Below are positions 48,702 through 60,132 of a stretch of DNA of 64,000 bases, piece by piece. Every line of letters starts with the position of its first letter. Position 1 is the first letter of the stretch. A model generated the notes under the pieces. The model had not been told where the DNA came from. It ran no database searches and saw only the letters and a program-made list of their open reading frames with translations. Origin of the DNA: an uncultured bacterium (lineage in GTDB: Bacteria; Patescibacteriota; Minisyncoccia; UBA6257; 2-01-FULL-56-20); assembly GCA_963696395.1 (NCBI GenBank), contig CAVOJZ010000002.1:134433-198432 (forward strand), written 5' to 3'. Made by a program: the position numbers and the translations under genes.

Positions 48702-48760
48702 CATTAGTAACTACAACATCCAGTATAGCACAGTAGATTAGAACGTTTGTGGATAAAAAG

Positions 48761-49420
48761 TTAACTCCCTAAAACCTTCGTTAATGGGCATAATTCATGC
48801 TTATGCGGCCTTGCTACGCAGTAAGCCCGCCCGTAATCGATGATCCGGTAAGTTGCTGAAAACCAGTCTTTTTCCGGGATAATTGCCATCAAATCCTGCT
48901 CAATTTTTTCGGGAGTTTTTTCTTTGCTCAATCCAAGCACGCGGGAAAGACGCATCACGTGCGTATCCACCGCAATGCCCTCAACCACACCGTAAGCATT
49001 CCCCAAAATTACGTTCGCCGATTTCCTGCCAACGCCCGGAATTTTCACCATCTCTTCCATAGTCCTTGGCAGTTTACCGTGATATTTGTCTTTGATCGCT
49101 TTCGCAGCCGCAAGAATATTTTTTGTTTTTGCCCGATAAAAACCACAGGCATGAATCATGTTCTCAAATTCATGAATCCCCTTTGCAGTCTTTCCCGCCC
49201 GAACGTAATCGTCGATTGTCCGATATTTTTTGAACAACACCGGCGTCACCTGGTTCACTTTCTTGTCCGTGCATTGGGCGGAAAGCTGGACGGCCACGAG
49301 CAGTTCCCAGGCGTTACCAAATGCAAGCGCAATCGTCGCATGCGGAAAAAGTTTGGTAAGCGTTTTTGAAATTTTTTGCCACCGTTTCTTGAGGCGGGGC
49401 AAATCCTTGGAAGCGATCAT
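48761..49420 (-). CDS. nth: endonuclease III
   Basis: Motifs LSAQCTD, PGVGRKSAN, VDTHV. Confidence 0.93.
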   Translation of the reverse strand: MIASKDLPRLKKRWQKISKTLTKLFPHATIALAFGNAWELLVAVQLSAQCTDKKVNQVTPVLFKKYRTIDDYVRAGKTAKGIHEFENMIHACGFYRAKTKNILAAAKAIKDKYHGKLPRTMEEMVKIPGVGRKSANVILGNAYGVVEGIAVDTHVMRLSRVLGLSKEKTPEKIEQDLMAIIPEKDWFSATYRIIDYGRAYCVARPHKHELCPLTKVLGS

Positions 49421-49506
49421 TGCAATATATGATACCTCGATTTGACTGTTAATGAAATATATGATAAAAATGATATCAGAAATTTATAAACCAGATCGGA
49501 GGGACC

Positions 49507-49959
49507 TTGGTGGAAAACCAACGAACTACCATAGCAATGCTATTCCAGGAAGCGAAGGCTCAGTTGGGTCAGGGCGACAGCCTTGAAAATATACTCGATA
49601 GAGTCTTTGGGCAGCACAACCTCGACCACACTACAAGAATATTCCTGACGGCAGAAATCCACTGCCGTATCGAAGGAACCTATCCAGAACCACCGCATAT
49701 TCCGACAAATCAAAGCGAGTTGATGGATGAACTGCATGCATGCGCATCGGTCCTCTTCCACTTTCACGACGAAGACGTGAAAGATGCTGCACCCGATGCA
49801 GCGCGCCGCGCTTGTCGATATTTCCAAGTTCCGCTCTCGAATCGCGGCGTCACGGTGAAGGCACTCTGTTCACGCATGGGAAAAGCTGGCGGACACCAGA
49901 GACCGATCATTGCACGGAAACGCGCCCGAGCAGCAACTGAGATAACGCTTCCGATCTAA
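49507..49959 (+). CDS. hypothetical protein
   Basis: 150-aa ORF with a GGAGG RBS and a downstream terminator. Confidence 0.6.
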   Translation: MVENQRTTIAMLFQEAKAQLGQGDSLENILDRVFGQHNLDHTTRIFLTAEIHCRIEGTYPEPPHIPTNQSELMDELHACASVLFHFHDEDVKDAAPDAARRACRYFQVPLSNRGVTVKALCSRMGKAGGHQRPIIARKRARAATEITLPI

Positions 49960-49974
49960 CCATTCAGGCATAAC

Positions 49975-50006
49975 CCGCCTAGCAAACCACGCTAGGCGGT
50001 TTTTTT
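49975..50006 (+). terminator. intrinsic terminator
   Basis: CCGCCTAGC-7-GCTAGGCGG followed by T6. Confidence 0.8.
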
Positions 50007-50007
50007 A

Positions 50008-50517
50008 TTAACGTCCGTCCGTCTCGTGCTTTAACCAAAATTTTATCCTCCCAGGTGACCACTCGACACCCGTCATATTAACAAAGATAAATTTTAATCC
50101 TCGTCCGTTCGTAGATAAATCACTCTCCCGAAACTCAGCAGTCATCTCCGGCGGAGGGGCAAAGGTTCCCTCATCAACAATCTCAGCTTCAGCTTTCTCT
50201 GCTGTGATATGAAATTTGATCTCAACTTTCTTGCTGCTCTTTTCGGTTTTCTCTGCGGCCAATATGCGGTCAAGGATCTCGTTGTCTTCGGCGTTTTCTT
50301 TAAAAACTTCGAGGTTGCCGTGGACCACGGCGTTCGTCACCGCTTCATACATAGCGGTTCTAAATTTATTAATTTCCTCTTCGGGCCAGCCGTAGATTTG
50401 AAGCTGCTCCTCTGCAATCTGGACGGCGTCTTCGATGGTCTGCCGTTTGCTTTCGAACGAAAACTCCCCCTCGAAAGCTTTTTCTTTGTTTTCAAATGAT
50501 TGGCCTTCGAAAGACAT
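50008..50517 (-). CDS. anti-sigma-type ATP-binding protein (HATPase_c_2)
   Basis: Motifs EAVTNAVVHG, DEG, GRGL. Confidence 0.82.
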   Translation of the reverse strand: MSFEGQSFENKEKAFEGEFSFESKRQTIEDAVQIAEEQLQIYGWPEEEINKFRTAMYEAVTNAVVHGNLEVFKENAEDNEILDRILAAEKTEKSSKKVEIKFHITAEKAEAEIVDEGTFAPPPEMTAEFRESDLSTNGRGLKFIFVNMTGVEWSPGRIKFWLKHETDGR

Positions 50518-50954
50518 TATCGTATTCCGGTATCGCAGTTAATGGTCGTCGTTGCCGTTCCGCCGGCAGAAACTTGCACGAGTGCTTCGGTGCATTGGGG
50601 ATATACGGATCCGCCTTGAGCCTTAAAGCTATACTCGCCCGCCGGGAGGGAGACCGTAAACGCTCCGGACACGTCGCTCGTAATCGTTTGAAGAACTGCG
50701 TTTTGCGGATTTTCAATATCCGAGGAAATTGAAATTGAGGTTGCATACGGCTTTGGAGCGCACGCAGGATCAGGTGGATTTTTTACCACGGGGCAGGTCG
50801 GGCTCAGCAAGACAATCCCCTGCACAAGACCAGACGTCGTTGAGGAAACGCTTCCGGCTCCGGGAACCACCGGTCCTTTTGCGGGATTATAAAAGGCAAG
50901 AATGCCAAGCAAAACAACGATGATTACCGCAAAAACGATCACCAGCGTTTTCAT
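50517..50954 (-). CDS. membrane-anchored Cys-containing hypothetical protein
   Basis: TM helix; PTCPV..CAPKP..CDTGIR. Confidence 0.75.
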   Translation of the reverse strand: MKTLVIVFAVIIVVLLGILAFYNPAKGPVVPGAGSVSSTTSGLVQGIVLLSPTCPVVKNPPDPACAPKPYATSISISSDIENPQNAVLQTITSDVSGAFTVSLPAGEYSFKAQGGSVYPQCTEALVQVSAGGTATTTINCDTGIR

Positions 50955-50966
50955 GCACTCATTATA

Positions 50967-51218
50967 TCAAAGAGCGCCTTCTTTCCTCAACATTTCAATT
51001 TTCTTCTTCGTACCGCGGGCATAGCCACCGACCGTCCCATCCGATCGAACCACGCGATGGCACGGCACCTTTTTGGTGTCGGGATTATTGTGCATAATGT
51101 TTCCCACGGCGCGTGCCGCCCGTGGATTGCCGGCGCGCCGGGCGACCTCGCCATACGTCATCGTTTTCCCTCGCGGGATTTTTGCCACAACGGCATACAC
51201 TTTTTCGGTAAACGTCAT
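50967..51218 (-). CDS. single-domain MGMT-family alkyltransferase
   Basis: Motifs TYGEVA, ARAVG and active-site VPCHRV. Confidence 0.9.
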   Translation of the reverse strand: MTFTEKVYAVVAKIPRGKTMTYGEVARRAGNPRAARAVGNIMHNNPDTKKVPCHRVVRSDGTVGGYARGTKKKIEMLRKEGAL

Positions 51219-51226
51219 GGGTTTTA

Positions 51227-51961
51227 TTATATCGATTCTTTCACAAAATGCTCGTATCCCATCGCTTGCTTTTGCAGCCGAGTGGAGAGATGAGCATACG
51301 GCCCGGCGGGATTTAAAAATTGTGACTTGTGCACGCTCATCGCTTTCCGTTTGCGTGCCAGATCAATTTTCACCCTAAGATCCCCTTTTCGATGGACCGG
51401 CATGCCTTTATAGGCTCCGAATCTCCGGCGCTTCAGGAAAAATTCCTGACGTTTTTCCGCCACCCGCGGCTGTTCAACAAAAATATCTGCGAGGGTAAAC
51501 GCGGCCATTGGCGTATATGTTTTTTTGGCAATTCCGAGGGCGACCTCACCCACGGTAATGTGATCCCAGTGGGCGCTGATGCCATCAGGGCCAAAACCCA
51601 GGATATAATCCGGTTTAATTTTTCTAATGACTGCGAGTGATTTTTCGAAAAGCTTGCGTTTATGTGCCCGGACGCTTGCGTCGGGAAACCCGAGAAAAAT
51701 CACTTTATCAATTTTTAATATCTTTGCAGCCTTCATCAGCTCGTTTCGACGAATCTTTTTAAGCGCCGAGTCAGTTACCGGCTTTGCAAGGTGCGACTTC
51801 CCTTTTTCGCCGTTCGTTGCGCATATCAAGACTGTTTCCCCGCCCGCTTTGTGATTTTCATACATCGTCCCTGCGGCGAGACCCTCATCGTCCGGATGAG
51901 CGGTGAAAACAACAATCCGCTTGCCGATGAAGGGTGCTTTTTGAGATCGCGAGGTCGCCAT
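51227..51961 (-). CDS. PIG-L family deacetylase
   Basis: Motifs AHPDDE, HWDH, HKSQ. Confidence 0.9.
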   Translation of the reverse strand: MATSRSQKAPFIGKRIVVFTAHPDDEGLAAGTMYENHKAGGETVLICATNGEKGKSHLAKPVTDSALKKIRRNELMKAAKILKIDKVIFLGFPDASVRAHKRKLFEKSLAVIRKIKPDYILGFGPDGISAHWDHITVGEVALGIAKKTYTPMAAFTLADIFVEQPRVAEKRQEFFLKRRRFGAYKGMPVHRKGDLRVKIDLARKRKAMSVHKSQFLNPAGPYAHLSTRLQKQAMGYEHFVKESI

Positions 51962-52014
51962 AATGATATATACGAAAATGTTTCTCCATCATAACAAAAA
52001 GAAAGACCAGGATG

Positions 52015-52443
52015 TTAATCCTGGTCCTGAGCGTCGAGAATCTCCTTGGAAACCAATTGCCAGATTCCATCACAATGAATGCCGTACAAATTGATTGTGA
52101 CCAATGGAAATGCCTCCCCAATAACACTCCTCAACGCACGAAGAGTTGCGGCCGAAGACTCGTGATTCTTATCTCGTGTGGCAGGAATCATCACCTCCAG
52201 AACTTTCGCGCCATTCTCGACGGCTTTCCTTATCGAATTGAAAGCCCCTTCCCGTTCGCCTTCTTCCTTGAGAATTCTCCGGGCTCCGCCTGGAACACGA
52301 TAGATATTGACACCATGGCCGCCATCGTAAACATTTTTCAGGAAGAGAAATAACGCACGATTGTATTTGCCGCTGTCGCTACAGATAACCCAAGCTTTCG
52401 TTTTCTTCTCTTCGGAAATTGCAATTCGCACCACCAACTTCAT
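52015..52443 (-). CDS. hypothetical protein, possibly a degenerate carbonic anhydrase-like paralog
   Basis: VICSD and VPGG echo motifs in the neighbouring gene. Confidence 0.55.
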   Translation of the reverse strand: MKLVVRIAISEEKKTKAWVICSDSGKYNRALFLFLKNVYDGGHGVNIYRVPGGARRILKEEGEREGAFNSIRKAVENGAKVLEVMIPATRDKNHESSAATLRALRSVIGEAFPLVTINLYGIHCDGIWQLVSKEILDAQDQD

Positions 52444-52561
52444 AGCGTCTAGCGCTCCTCTTCTGTGTATTTTTATTCTTACCAAACTGCGCACAGTATA
52501 GCACATTTTGATTCTTTTATCAAAAAGACCGGGATTGCTCCCGGCCTATACTGCGAAAACG

Positions 52562-52993
52562 TTATGCTCGATGAGCACCATCAAAGTCAAGAAAATATGA
52601 CTCGACGCTCACTTCTGGGAAAGCCTTCTGGATGATCAAAGTCGCCTTGGCAATCTCATCAGCTTGGACTTTATATTCGGTTGCTTGATCGCCAAGCTCT
52701 TCCGAGCCACCGTATGCACCGCAATCACGATGAGGAAGGAGAATGACACGCCTCGAATGATGGAGTTTTGTTGAAATTCGAATCTGTTTTAGAACGAATG
52801 CGGCTTCCTCCTCGCTGCCATGGGTAATGTCCTTGATAGCGCCGGCGATTTCCACCACGTCCGGGTTCTTCAGTTTAAGCGCCTTGATGAAAGCCTTTCT
52901 TGCGCTATAGAAACGCTTGTCTATGCAAGTAATAACCGTTGCATCGGCCGTGTACTCAGCCTTAGGTGAAATGAACTCAAAAACTTTTTCCAT
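52562..52993 (-). CDS. beta-carbonic anhydrase-like protein
   Basis: Predicted Zn ligands CIDKR and HRDCGAY. Confidence 0.8.
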   Translation of the reverse strand: MEKVFEFISPKAEYTADATVITCIDKRFYSARKAFIKALKLKNPDVVEIAGAIKDITHGSEEEAAFVLKQIRISTKLHHSRRVILLPHRDCGAYGGSEELGDQATEYKVQADEIAKATLIIQKAFPEVSVESYFLDFDGAHRA

Positions 52994-53005
52994 GGTTCCT
53001 TACAT

Positions 53006-53254
53006 TTAAACTCTATCCTCCTCGACCAGAAATTTTCCCTCGTTTTCTTTGAATTCTAAAAAGCCGGAGCTGATAGGAATGTAATGCTCTTTGTGATCGT
53101 TGTCAACAATTTTCATGGTTCCCTTTTCCAGGACAGAAATTAATTCTTCGTGATTTGGAAGAATGGTGATCTCCCCCATTTTGGTATTGCAATTCACGGA
53201 GATTGCCTCGCCTTGATAAAGAACTTTTTCGAGTGAATAGACGCCAATTTTCAT
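53006..53254 (-). CDS. atpC: ATP synthase epsilon (N-terminal domain only)
   Basis: Motifs GEITILPNH and SSGFLE; follows atpD. Confidence 0.9.
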   Translation of the reverse strand: MKIGVYSLEKVLYQGEAISVNCNTKMGEITILPNHEELISVLEKGTMKIVDNDHKEHYIPISSGFLEFKENEGKFLVEEDRV

Positions 53255-53260
53255 TGGGCT

Positions 53261-54661
<1,401 letters not shown>

Positions 54662-54664
54662 TTA

Positions 54665-55600
54665 TTAACTCAATGCCTGCGCACCGGACGTGACCTCGAT
54701 GATCTGGCTCGTGATCGCGGCCTGGCGCTGTTTATTGTATACGACGTTTAAGGTTCCCGTAAGCTCGCTCGCGTTATCAGAAGCATTCTTCATCGCCACG
54801 CGGCGGGCGGAATGTTCGGAAGCGTTGGCTTCGAGAATCATGTGATGGATGCGGATTTTTAAAAGTTGGGGTGCGAGTTCCGCAAGCACGGCTGCGGGCT
54901 CGGGCTCGATGATAAATTCCCGGTCTTTCCCGTCGAAAAACACTTCCGATTTTGCATATTCCGAATAGCGACCGGCGCGCGGGATAGTTTCCTCGATAGA
55001 TTCTTTAATTTTATCGAAGCTTATCGGCAAAAATTCTCTGGCAACGGCATCCTGGCGAAGCGCTGTCACAAAGGTGGTAAAGAATGCGATCACGCTGTCG
55101 AAATCATGCCGCAAATAGCCTTCAATGAGGAATTCCGCGATTGGCTCCGCTTCGGCCATGCGGGTTACGTCACCGACGCGGACGAAGGACTGAATCACAT
55201 TCATACCGCGTCGCTCAAGATAGGTTTTTGCTTTCTGACCGATCGCAATAAAAGAATATTGCGGGTCGCGAAGATCGATATGGTTCTCGCGGATATAGCT
55301 TTCAAAACGGCGGATGACGGCGCCATTGAACGATCCGGCGAGGCCTTTGTCGGATGTCATAAGAAGAAACGAAGTCTTTTCGATCGGACGTGTCTTTAAA
55401 AGTTCCGGCATAATGACTCCTTCAACGTTCGAGAGCGTGCCGAGCAGTTCAAGCGCCGCATAGGCATACGGGCGGGAATTCAACGCCAGTTCCTGGCTGC
55501 GGCGCATCTTGGTTGCCGCAACGAGTTCCATTGCTTTCGTAATCTGGCCGATATTCTTGACGCTCCGTATGCGCCGTTGGAGGGATTGTCCTGATTCCAT
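54665..55600 (-). CDS. atpG: ATP synthase gamma
   Basis: Motifs ITKAMELVAA, SDKGLAG, RQAAIT. Confidence 0.98.
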   Translation of the reverse strand: MESGQSLQRRIRSVKNIGQITKAMELVAATKMRRSQELALNSRPYAYAALELLGTLSNVEGVIMPELLKTRPIEKTSFLLMTSDKGLAGSFNGAVIRRFESYIRENHIDLRDPQYSFIAIGQKAKTYLERRGMNVIQSFVRVGDVTRMAEAEPIAEFLIEGYLRHDFDSVIAFFTTFVTALRQDAVAREFLPISFDKIKESIEETIPRAGRYSEYAKSEVFFDGKDREFIIEPEPAAVLAELAPQLLKIRIHHMILEANASEHSARRVAMKNASDNASELTGTLNVVYNKQRQAAITSQIIEVTSGAQALS

Positions 55601-55601
55601 G

Positions 55602-57155
55602 TTATTCGTTTGTGCCGTGGCCGGAAGTGCGACCGTTTAGAAAGTTGCCGAGTGCGGCTTTCAATGCATTTTCGACCTCTTCTTTAAATTCCCCTGTTTC
55701 GCGGATGGGTTTCAAAATATCGTTCTCATGAAGCTTGCTCAGATATTCCACAAGCTCACCTTCGGTTTTTTTGATATCAACCACTTCGATATTTTCGAAA
55801 TAGCCATTCAGGACGGCGTAGAAAATACAAACCTGGATCTCCACCGGCACCGGCGCCTGGTCGTCCTGCTTCAAAATCTCGTTGATCTTTTGGCCCTGCG
55901 CAATATTCTTCTTCGTCTTTTCGTCCACGTCAGTCGCAAACTGCACGAATGCCTGGAGTTCACGGAATTGCGCGTGTGCAAGCTTGAGTTTGCCGGCTAC
56001 TTTCTTCATGGCTTTGGTCTGCGCAGCCGAACCTACGCGCGACACGGAAATACCAACGTTCAGCGCCGGGCGCAAACCCTGGTTAAACAGGTCGGTCTCC
56101 AGGAAAATTTGTCCGTCCGTAATTGAGATGATGTTCGTCGGAATATACGCCGTGACGTCACCGAGCTGAGTCTCAACGATCGGCAACGCCGTGAGCGATC
56201 CTCCGCCTTTTTCTTTTGAAAGTTTTGCGGCCCGCTCAAGAAGGCGTGAGTGGAGATAAAAGACATCGCCCGGATATGCTTCGCGGCCCGGCGGGCGCTT
56301 GAGGAGCAATGAGATCTGGCGATATGCCCATGCGTGCTTGGACAAATCGTCGTAGACGATTAGCGCGTCCTGGCCCTTGTCGCGGAAATATTCCCCAATC
56401 GCGGCGCCGGCATAGGGTGCAAGATACCATTGCGCCGCAGGCGACGACGCCGATGCGGCGACGATCACCGTATATTTTAAAGCGTCATATTTCTTGAGAG
56501 TCTCGGCAATCTTCACGATCTTGGATTCCTTCTGGCCGATTGCAACGTAAATACACACCATCGGGCGACGCCCCTTGTCATTCTTTTGGTTTAAAATGGC
56601 GTCGAGCGCAATGGCGGTCTTGCCCGTGCCGCGGTCACCAATAATGAGTTCGCGCTGTCCGCGGCCGATAGGAATCATGGCATCAATCGCTTTGATGCCG
56701 GTGTGAACCGGCGTGTTGACCCCCTCGCGCTCCAAAACGTTGGGCGCTCCGGCCTCGAGATTATTTCTTTGTGTCTTCGCTCCTTTTTTGAAAAGATCCC
56801 CCAAACCGTCAACCGGTTGGCCGAGCGGATCGATCACGCGGCCGATGAGTTCGTCGCCGACTTCGATTGATAACACTTCCCCGGTCCGTTTAACGGTGTT
56901 GCCGACTTCGATTGATAAAAAGTCTCCAAGCACGAGTGCGCCGATTGATTCCTCTTCGAGGTTCAAAGCGAGCGCGGCCCGTTCCCCTTTCGGGCTTTCT
57001 ATTATTAAAATTTCCTGGCTCACGGCATTGCGCAGGCCGAGGATCTTCACAATCCCGTCGCCCACCTCAATCACGCGGCCGGTTTCTGCCCATTCCGGCT
57101 TCTCTTTATATCCTTCAATTTCCCGTTTTAATTTTTCGATGATGTCGTATGCCAC
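55602..57155 (-). CDS. atpA: ATP synthase alpha
   Basis: Motifs GDRGTGKT and PPGREAYPGD. Confidence 0.99.
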   Translation of the reverse strand: MAYDIIEKLKREIEGYKEKPEWAETGRVIEVGDGIVKILGLRNAVSQEILIIESPKGERAALALNLEEESIGALVLGDFLSIEVGNTVKRTGEVLSIEVGDELIGRVIDPLGQPVDGLGDLFKKGAKTQRNNLEAGAPNVLEREGVNTPVHTGIKAIDAMIPIGRGQRELIIGDRGTGKTAIALDAILNQKNDKGRRPMVCIYVAIGQKESKIVKIAETLKKYDALKYTVIVAASASSPAAQWYLAPYAGAAIGEYFRDKGQDALIVYDDLSKHAWAYRQISLLLKRPPGREAYPGDVFYLHSRLLERAAKLSKEKGGGSLTALPIVETQLGDVTAYIPTNIISITDGQIFLETDLFNQGLRPALNVGISVSRVGSAAQTKAMKKVAGKLKLAHAQFRELQAFVQFATDVDEKTKKNIAQGQKINEILKQDDQAPVPVEIQVCIFYAVLNGYFENIEVVDIKKTEGELVEYLSKLHENDILKPIRETGEFKEEVENALKAALGNFLNGRTSGHGTNE

Positions 57156-57170
57156 GTAATTAATAGTTCG

Positions 57171-57566
57171 TTAAATATTTCTAAAAACTTTATCCAGCTT
57201 GCCTCGCAACGATCCGTCGAATTGCATCTCGTCGTTAACGATGATGCGAATGCCGGCAATGAGGGCCGGATCGATCGTGCGTTCCACGACATCGCCCGCC
57301 GTCAAAAACGTCTTAACCTCTTTCTCCTGTGCAGCGTTCAATGCCCGCGCTGATTCCACCGATACTTTCCGGATTCCGGCTTTACCTCTCGCGAAGCGTG
57401 CCGCTTCTTCAAGAATTTTGCGGAGGTGGGATTCGTCGCCATTCCGGCGCACCAACTCCAAAAAATTTTTGACGATGGCTGCCGCTTCTTTTTCCGTTGT
57501 CTTCTTTGACGTATCGCCGATCACTTCGGAAAGCGCCTTTGCATAAATATGTGCCGGGTACTTCAT
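57171..57566 (-). CDS. atpH: ATP synthase delta
   Basis: Motifs YAKAL and DPALIAG..DGSL; operon position. Confidence 0.88.
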   Translation of the reverse strand: MKYPAHIYAKALSEVIGDTSKKTTEKEAAAIVKNFLELVRRNGDESHLRKILEEAARFARGKAGIRKVSVESARALNAAQEKEVKTFLTAGDVVERTIDPALIAGIRIIVNDEMQFDGSLRGKLDKVFRNI

Positions 57567-57575
57567 GGATGTCGG

Positions 57576-58091
57576 TTATGCGCGCTTCGGCGCCCCCTCG
57601 GCGATTTCTTTCACCGCCCGCGCGATTAAGGCATCGTCGATTTTTTCGGGTGATAATTCGACCGTCTTCGCAATCGCCATACGAACCATCGCTGCAGCCT
57701 CTTTTTCCATGCCGCGGCGCGATTCCTCTTCTTTTGCGCGGAGCATCGATTCGGTCGCCGCAAGTTCCTCGGCTTCCTTCCGCCGGGCCTCAGCAAGCAT
57801 TTTCGCTTCGAGCTCTTTTGCGTCAATCTCGGTCTTCTTTAATATCCCGAGGGCCTGCGTCTCCCCTTCGTGAATTTTCTGCTTCTTCATGGCATCCGCT
57901 TCATGCAGACGCCGATCCGCTTCGTCCGCTTTCACAAGCCCTTCCTCGATACGGGCACGCCGGTCGTGCAGGATCTTAAGAACCGGCTTATAGGCGAAAA
58001 TGCGGAGCACGATAAGCAGCAACGCAAAATTCACCACCTGCGAAAGAAGCAGGCGCCAATCAAGTCCTAATTGGGAAAAAAGTTGCTGCAT
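57576..58091 (-). CDS. atpF: ATP synthase subunit b
   Basis: Motif QVVNF..YKPV followed by a coiled coil. Confidence 0.93.
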   Translation of the reverse strand: MQQLFSQLGLDWRLLLSQVVNFALLLIVLRIFAYKPVLKILHDRRARIEEGLVKADEADRRLHEADAMKKQKIHEGETQALGILKKTEIDAKELEAKMLAEARRKEAEELAATESMLRAKEEESRRGMEKEAAAMVRMAIAKTVELSPEKIDDALIARAVKEIAEGAPKRA

Positions 58092-58111
58092 AGCGGGTAG
58101 CGGTTAAGAAA

Positions 58112-58342
58112 TTACGCGACGAATTTGATGATCAAAGCCATAACGAGCGCGTAAATCGCGATAGCTTCTGCAAATGCGATAGCGAGAATCGCCATCGTCT
58201 GCACTTTTGAAGCGGCTTCGGGATTTCGGCCGATCGCCTCGACTGCCTTCGAACCGATGAGTCCGATCGCGAGAGCCGGAAGGATAGTTCCCATGCCGAT
58301 AGCAGCTGCGGTTGCGATCAAACGAATACTGGTGCTGTCCAT
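58112..58342 (-). CDS. atpE: ATP synthase subunit c
   Basis: Motifs GRNPEA and FAEAIAIY. Confidence 0.97.
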   Translation of the reverse strand: MDSTSIRLIATAAAIGMGTILPALAIGLIGSKAVEAIGRNPEAASKVQTMAILAIAFAEAIAIYALVMALIIKFVA

Positions 58343-58397
58343 GTGTAGATAATTATTTTTTAATGGTTACGACCTTTTGTTGTTTGGTGGAAAAATT

Positions 58398-59156
58398 TCA
58401 TGCGTGGGCTGCGGTTGCTTCGTGCTCCGTATCATGGGGAACGATCGCCATGGCCACGAAGACCAGGGTGAGCATCCCGAAAATGAATGCCTGGATGAAT
58501 CCGACAAACACCTCGAGGAACATGAACGGCAACGGAATAAGATATGGTACTAAAAAGGCCATAATGGCCAAAAGCACTTCACCTGCAAAAACATTGCCGA
58601 AAAGACGGAACGAGAACGAGATTATTTTAGCAAATTCCGACACAAGTTCAAGGATGCCGATAAAAAAATCGATCGGTCCCTTGAAATTGAAAAATACTGA
58701 GAGCCGCCCCTTTATCCCAACTACCGCGGCGCCAATCACGTTCACCAGTGTTACAACAATTAGCGCGAGCGCCAGCGTGAAATTCAGATCGCTTGCGGGA
58801 GACCGCAGAAGTGGCACAGCTGCGTCGCCGTGCCCGACTAGAATCGAACCGACGCCCGGCACAAGGCCAGCCCAGTTTGAAAAGAGTACAAAAAGAAAAA
58901 TGGTGAGTACGAGCGGTAAATATCTTTCCGACGTGCGGCGATCGCCGAGCACGGAATCCATGAGGTCAAGTGCGCCTTCGAGAATAATCTCGAAAATATT
59001 CTGCATCGTGCCGGGAATCATCGAAAGCCGGCGGCGCAGGAAATATGAAACCACAGCCAGCACCACGAGAACGATAGTCGCAAGGAATACCGCGTTTGTC
59101 ACCGGCCAATTGCCAATATGGAAGATATCCTCCGCGCGGAGAGAAATTTGCAACAT
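58398..59156 (-). CDS. atpB: ATP synthase subunit a
   Basis: Motifs FRLFGNVFAGE and IQAFIF. Confidence 0.97.
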   Translation of the reverse strand: MLQISLRAEDIFHIGNWPVTNAVFLATIVLVVLAVVSYFLRRRLSMIPGTMQNIFEIILEGALDLMDSVLGDRRTSERYLPLVLTIFLFVLFSNWAGLVPGVGSILVGHGDAAVPLLRSPASDLNFTLALALIVVTLVNVIGAAVVGIKGRLSVFFNFKGPIDFFIGILELVSEFAKIISFSFRLFGNVFAGEVLLAIMAFLVPYLIPLPFMFLEVFVGFIQAFIFGMLTLVFVAMAIVPHDTEHEATAAHA

Positions 59157-59208
59157 ATGGGGAAATTATAGCAAAAAAGCCCTGTTTTTGCTAGTTAAAC
59201 AAAAAGGG

Positions 59209-60108
59209 CTATTGTCCCAAGCAGGTATTGAAAGCCTGCACTTCGGCGTCATATTGAGTCGTTTCGGTTTTCACCTGAGCGGCCAGCGTATTGTATTGCT
59301 GAACAAGCGCATTATAGGTTGCAACGTCGTTATTATAATCCGGGCCGTATTTCGGATTCGCACTGCTGATTGCAGCGTCGTCGTTCGAAAGCTGGACGGC
59401 CATCTGGTTGAGCTGGCCTTCGCCGGCATCCACCGCCGCTTTCACGGTTGCGTCCGGCGCCGGACAATCGGACGCAGGACGCCCGAACACCTGCACGGCA
59501 ATCCAGGTTGATTTATTTTGATATGTCCCCTTTCCCACGGCAACGCCGATCTGGGTGTAGTGGGGATCAAGAATATTTGCCCGATGGCCGGGACTCGCCA
59601 TCCATGCTGTGACGACGCCCTCGTCGCCGGCAAAATTTCCGAGCGCAAGATTCTCCCCAAGCGCAAGATAGCTATAGCCGACAGTACTCGCGACGGTAAT
59701 CGCACTTTCGCCCGTTGGCGACACATGCGCAAAATACTGGTTTGTAAACATGTCTTCCATACGAAGTGTCGCGACATCGTCGAGCAGCTGGCTTTCCGCA
59801 AGCGGCGACAACGTGCTCGACGCCCGTTCCGCGTTTGTATCCGTTATCACGCCTTCAATCGTAAGCCCCGCAAGCGGAGGCGCGCCGCGCTTCACCGATG
59901 TGCTCGTTGAAATAATCGGCGGAGGCGCTAAAAATGTTTTTGCGGCTTCCGTTTCCGCAAACTGCTCCACGAAATTGCCGATGAGCGTCACCTCGCTCAG
60001 TGAAAAATAATTCGAAAAATACCAATACGTTGCGCCGACAACGCATACAACGATGGTGACGACTACAAGACGGTGTTTGGCGCGCTTTTGGAAATGATCC
60101 GCGTTCAT
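59209..60108 (-). CDS. CAP (SCP) domain protein
   Basis: Motifs YFAH, GENLA, WMASPGHRANIL. Confidence 0.93.
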   Translation of the reverse strand: MNADHFQKRAKHRLVVVTIVVCVVGATYWYFSNYFSLSEVTLIGNFVEQFAETEAAKTFLAPPPIISTSTSVKRGAPPLAGLTIEGVITDTNAERASSTLSPLAESQLLDDVATLRMEDMFTNQYFAHVSPTGESAITVASTVGYSYLALGENLALGNFAGDEGVVTAWMASPGHRANILDPHYTQIGVAVGKGTYQNKSTWIAVQVFGRPASDCPAPDATVKAAVDAGEGQLNQMAVQLSNDDAAISSANPKYGPDYNNDVATYNALVQQYNTLAAQVKTETTQYDAEVQAFNTCLGQ

Positions 60109-60132
60109 AAATCGTTATGGCAACCGGCAACG

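Noticed and set aside
40201-53254. Short UvrC and AtpC as pseudogenes
   Set aside because: Both have clean stops and intact core motifs, consistent with domain loss in a reduced genome.
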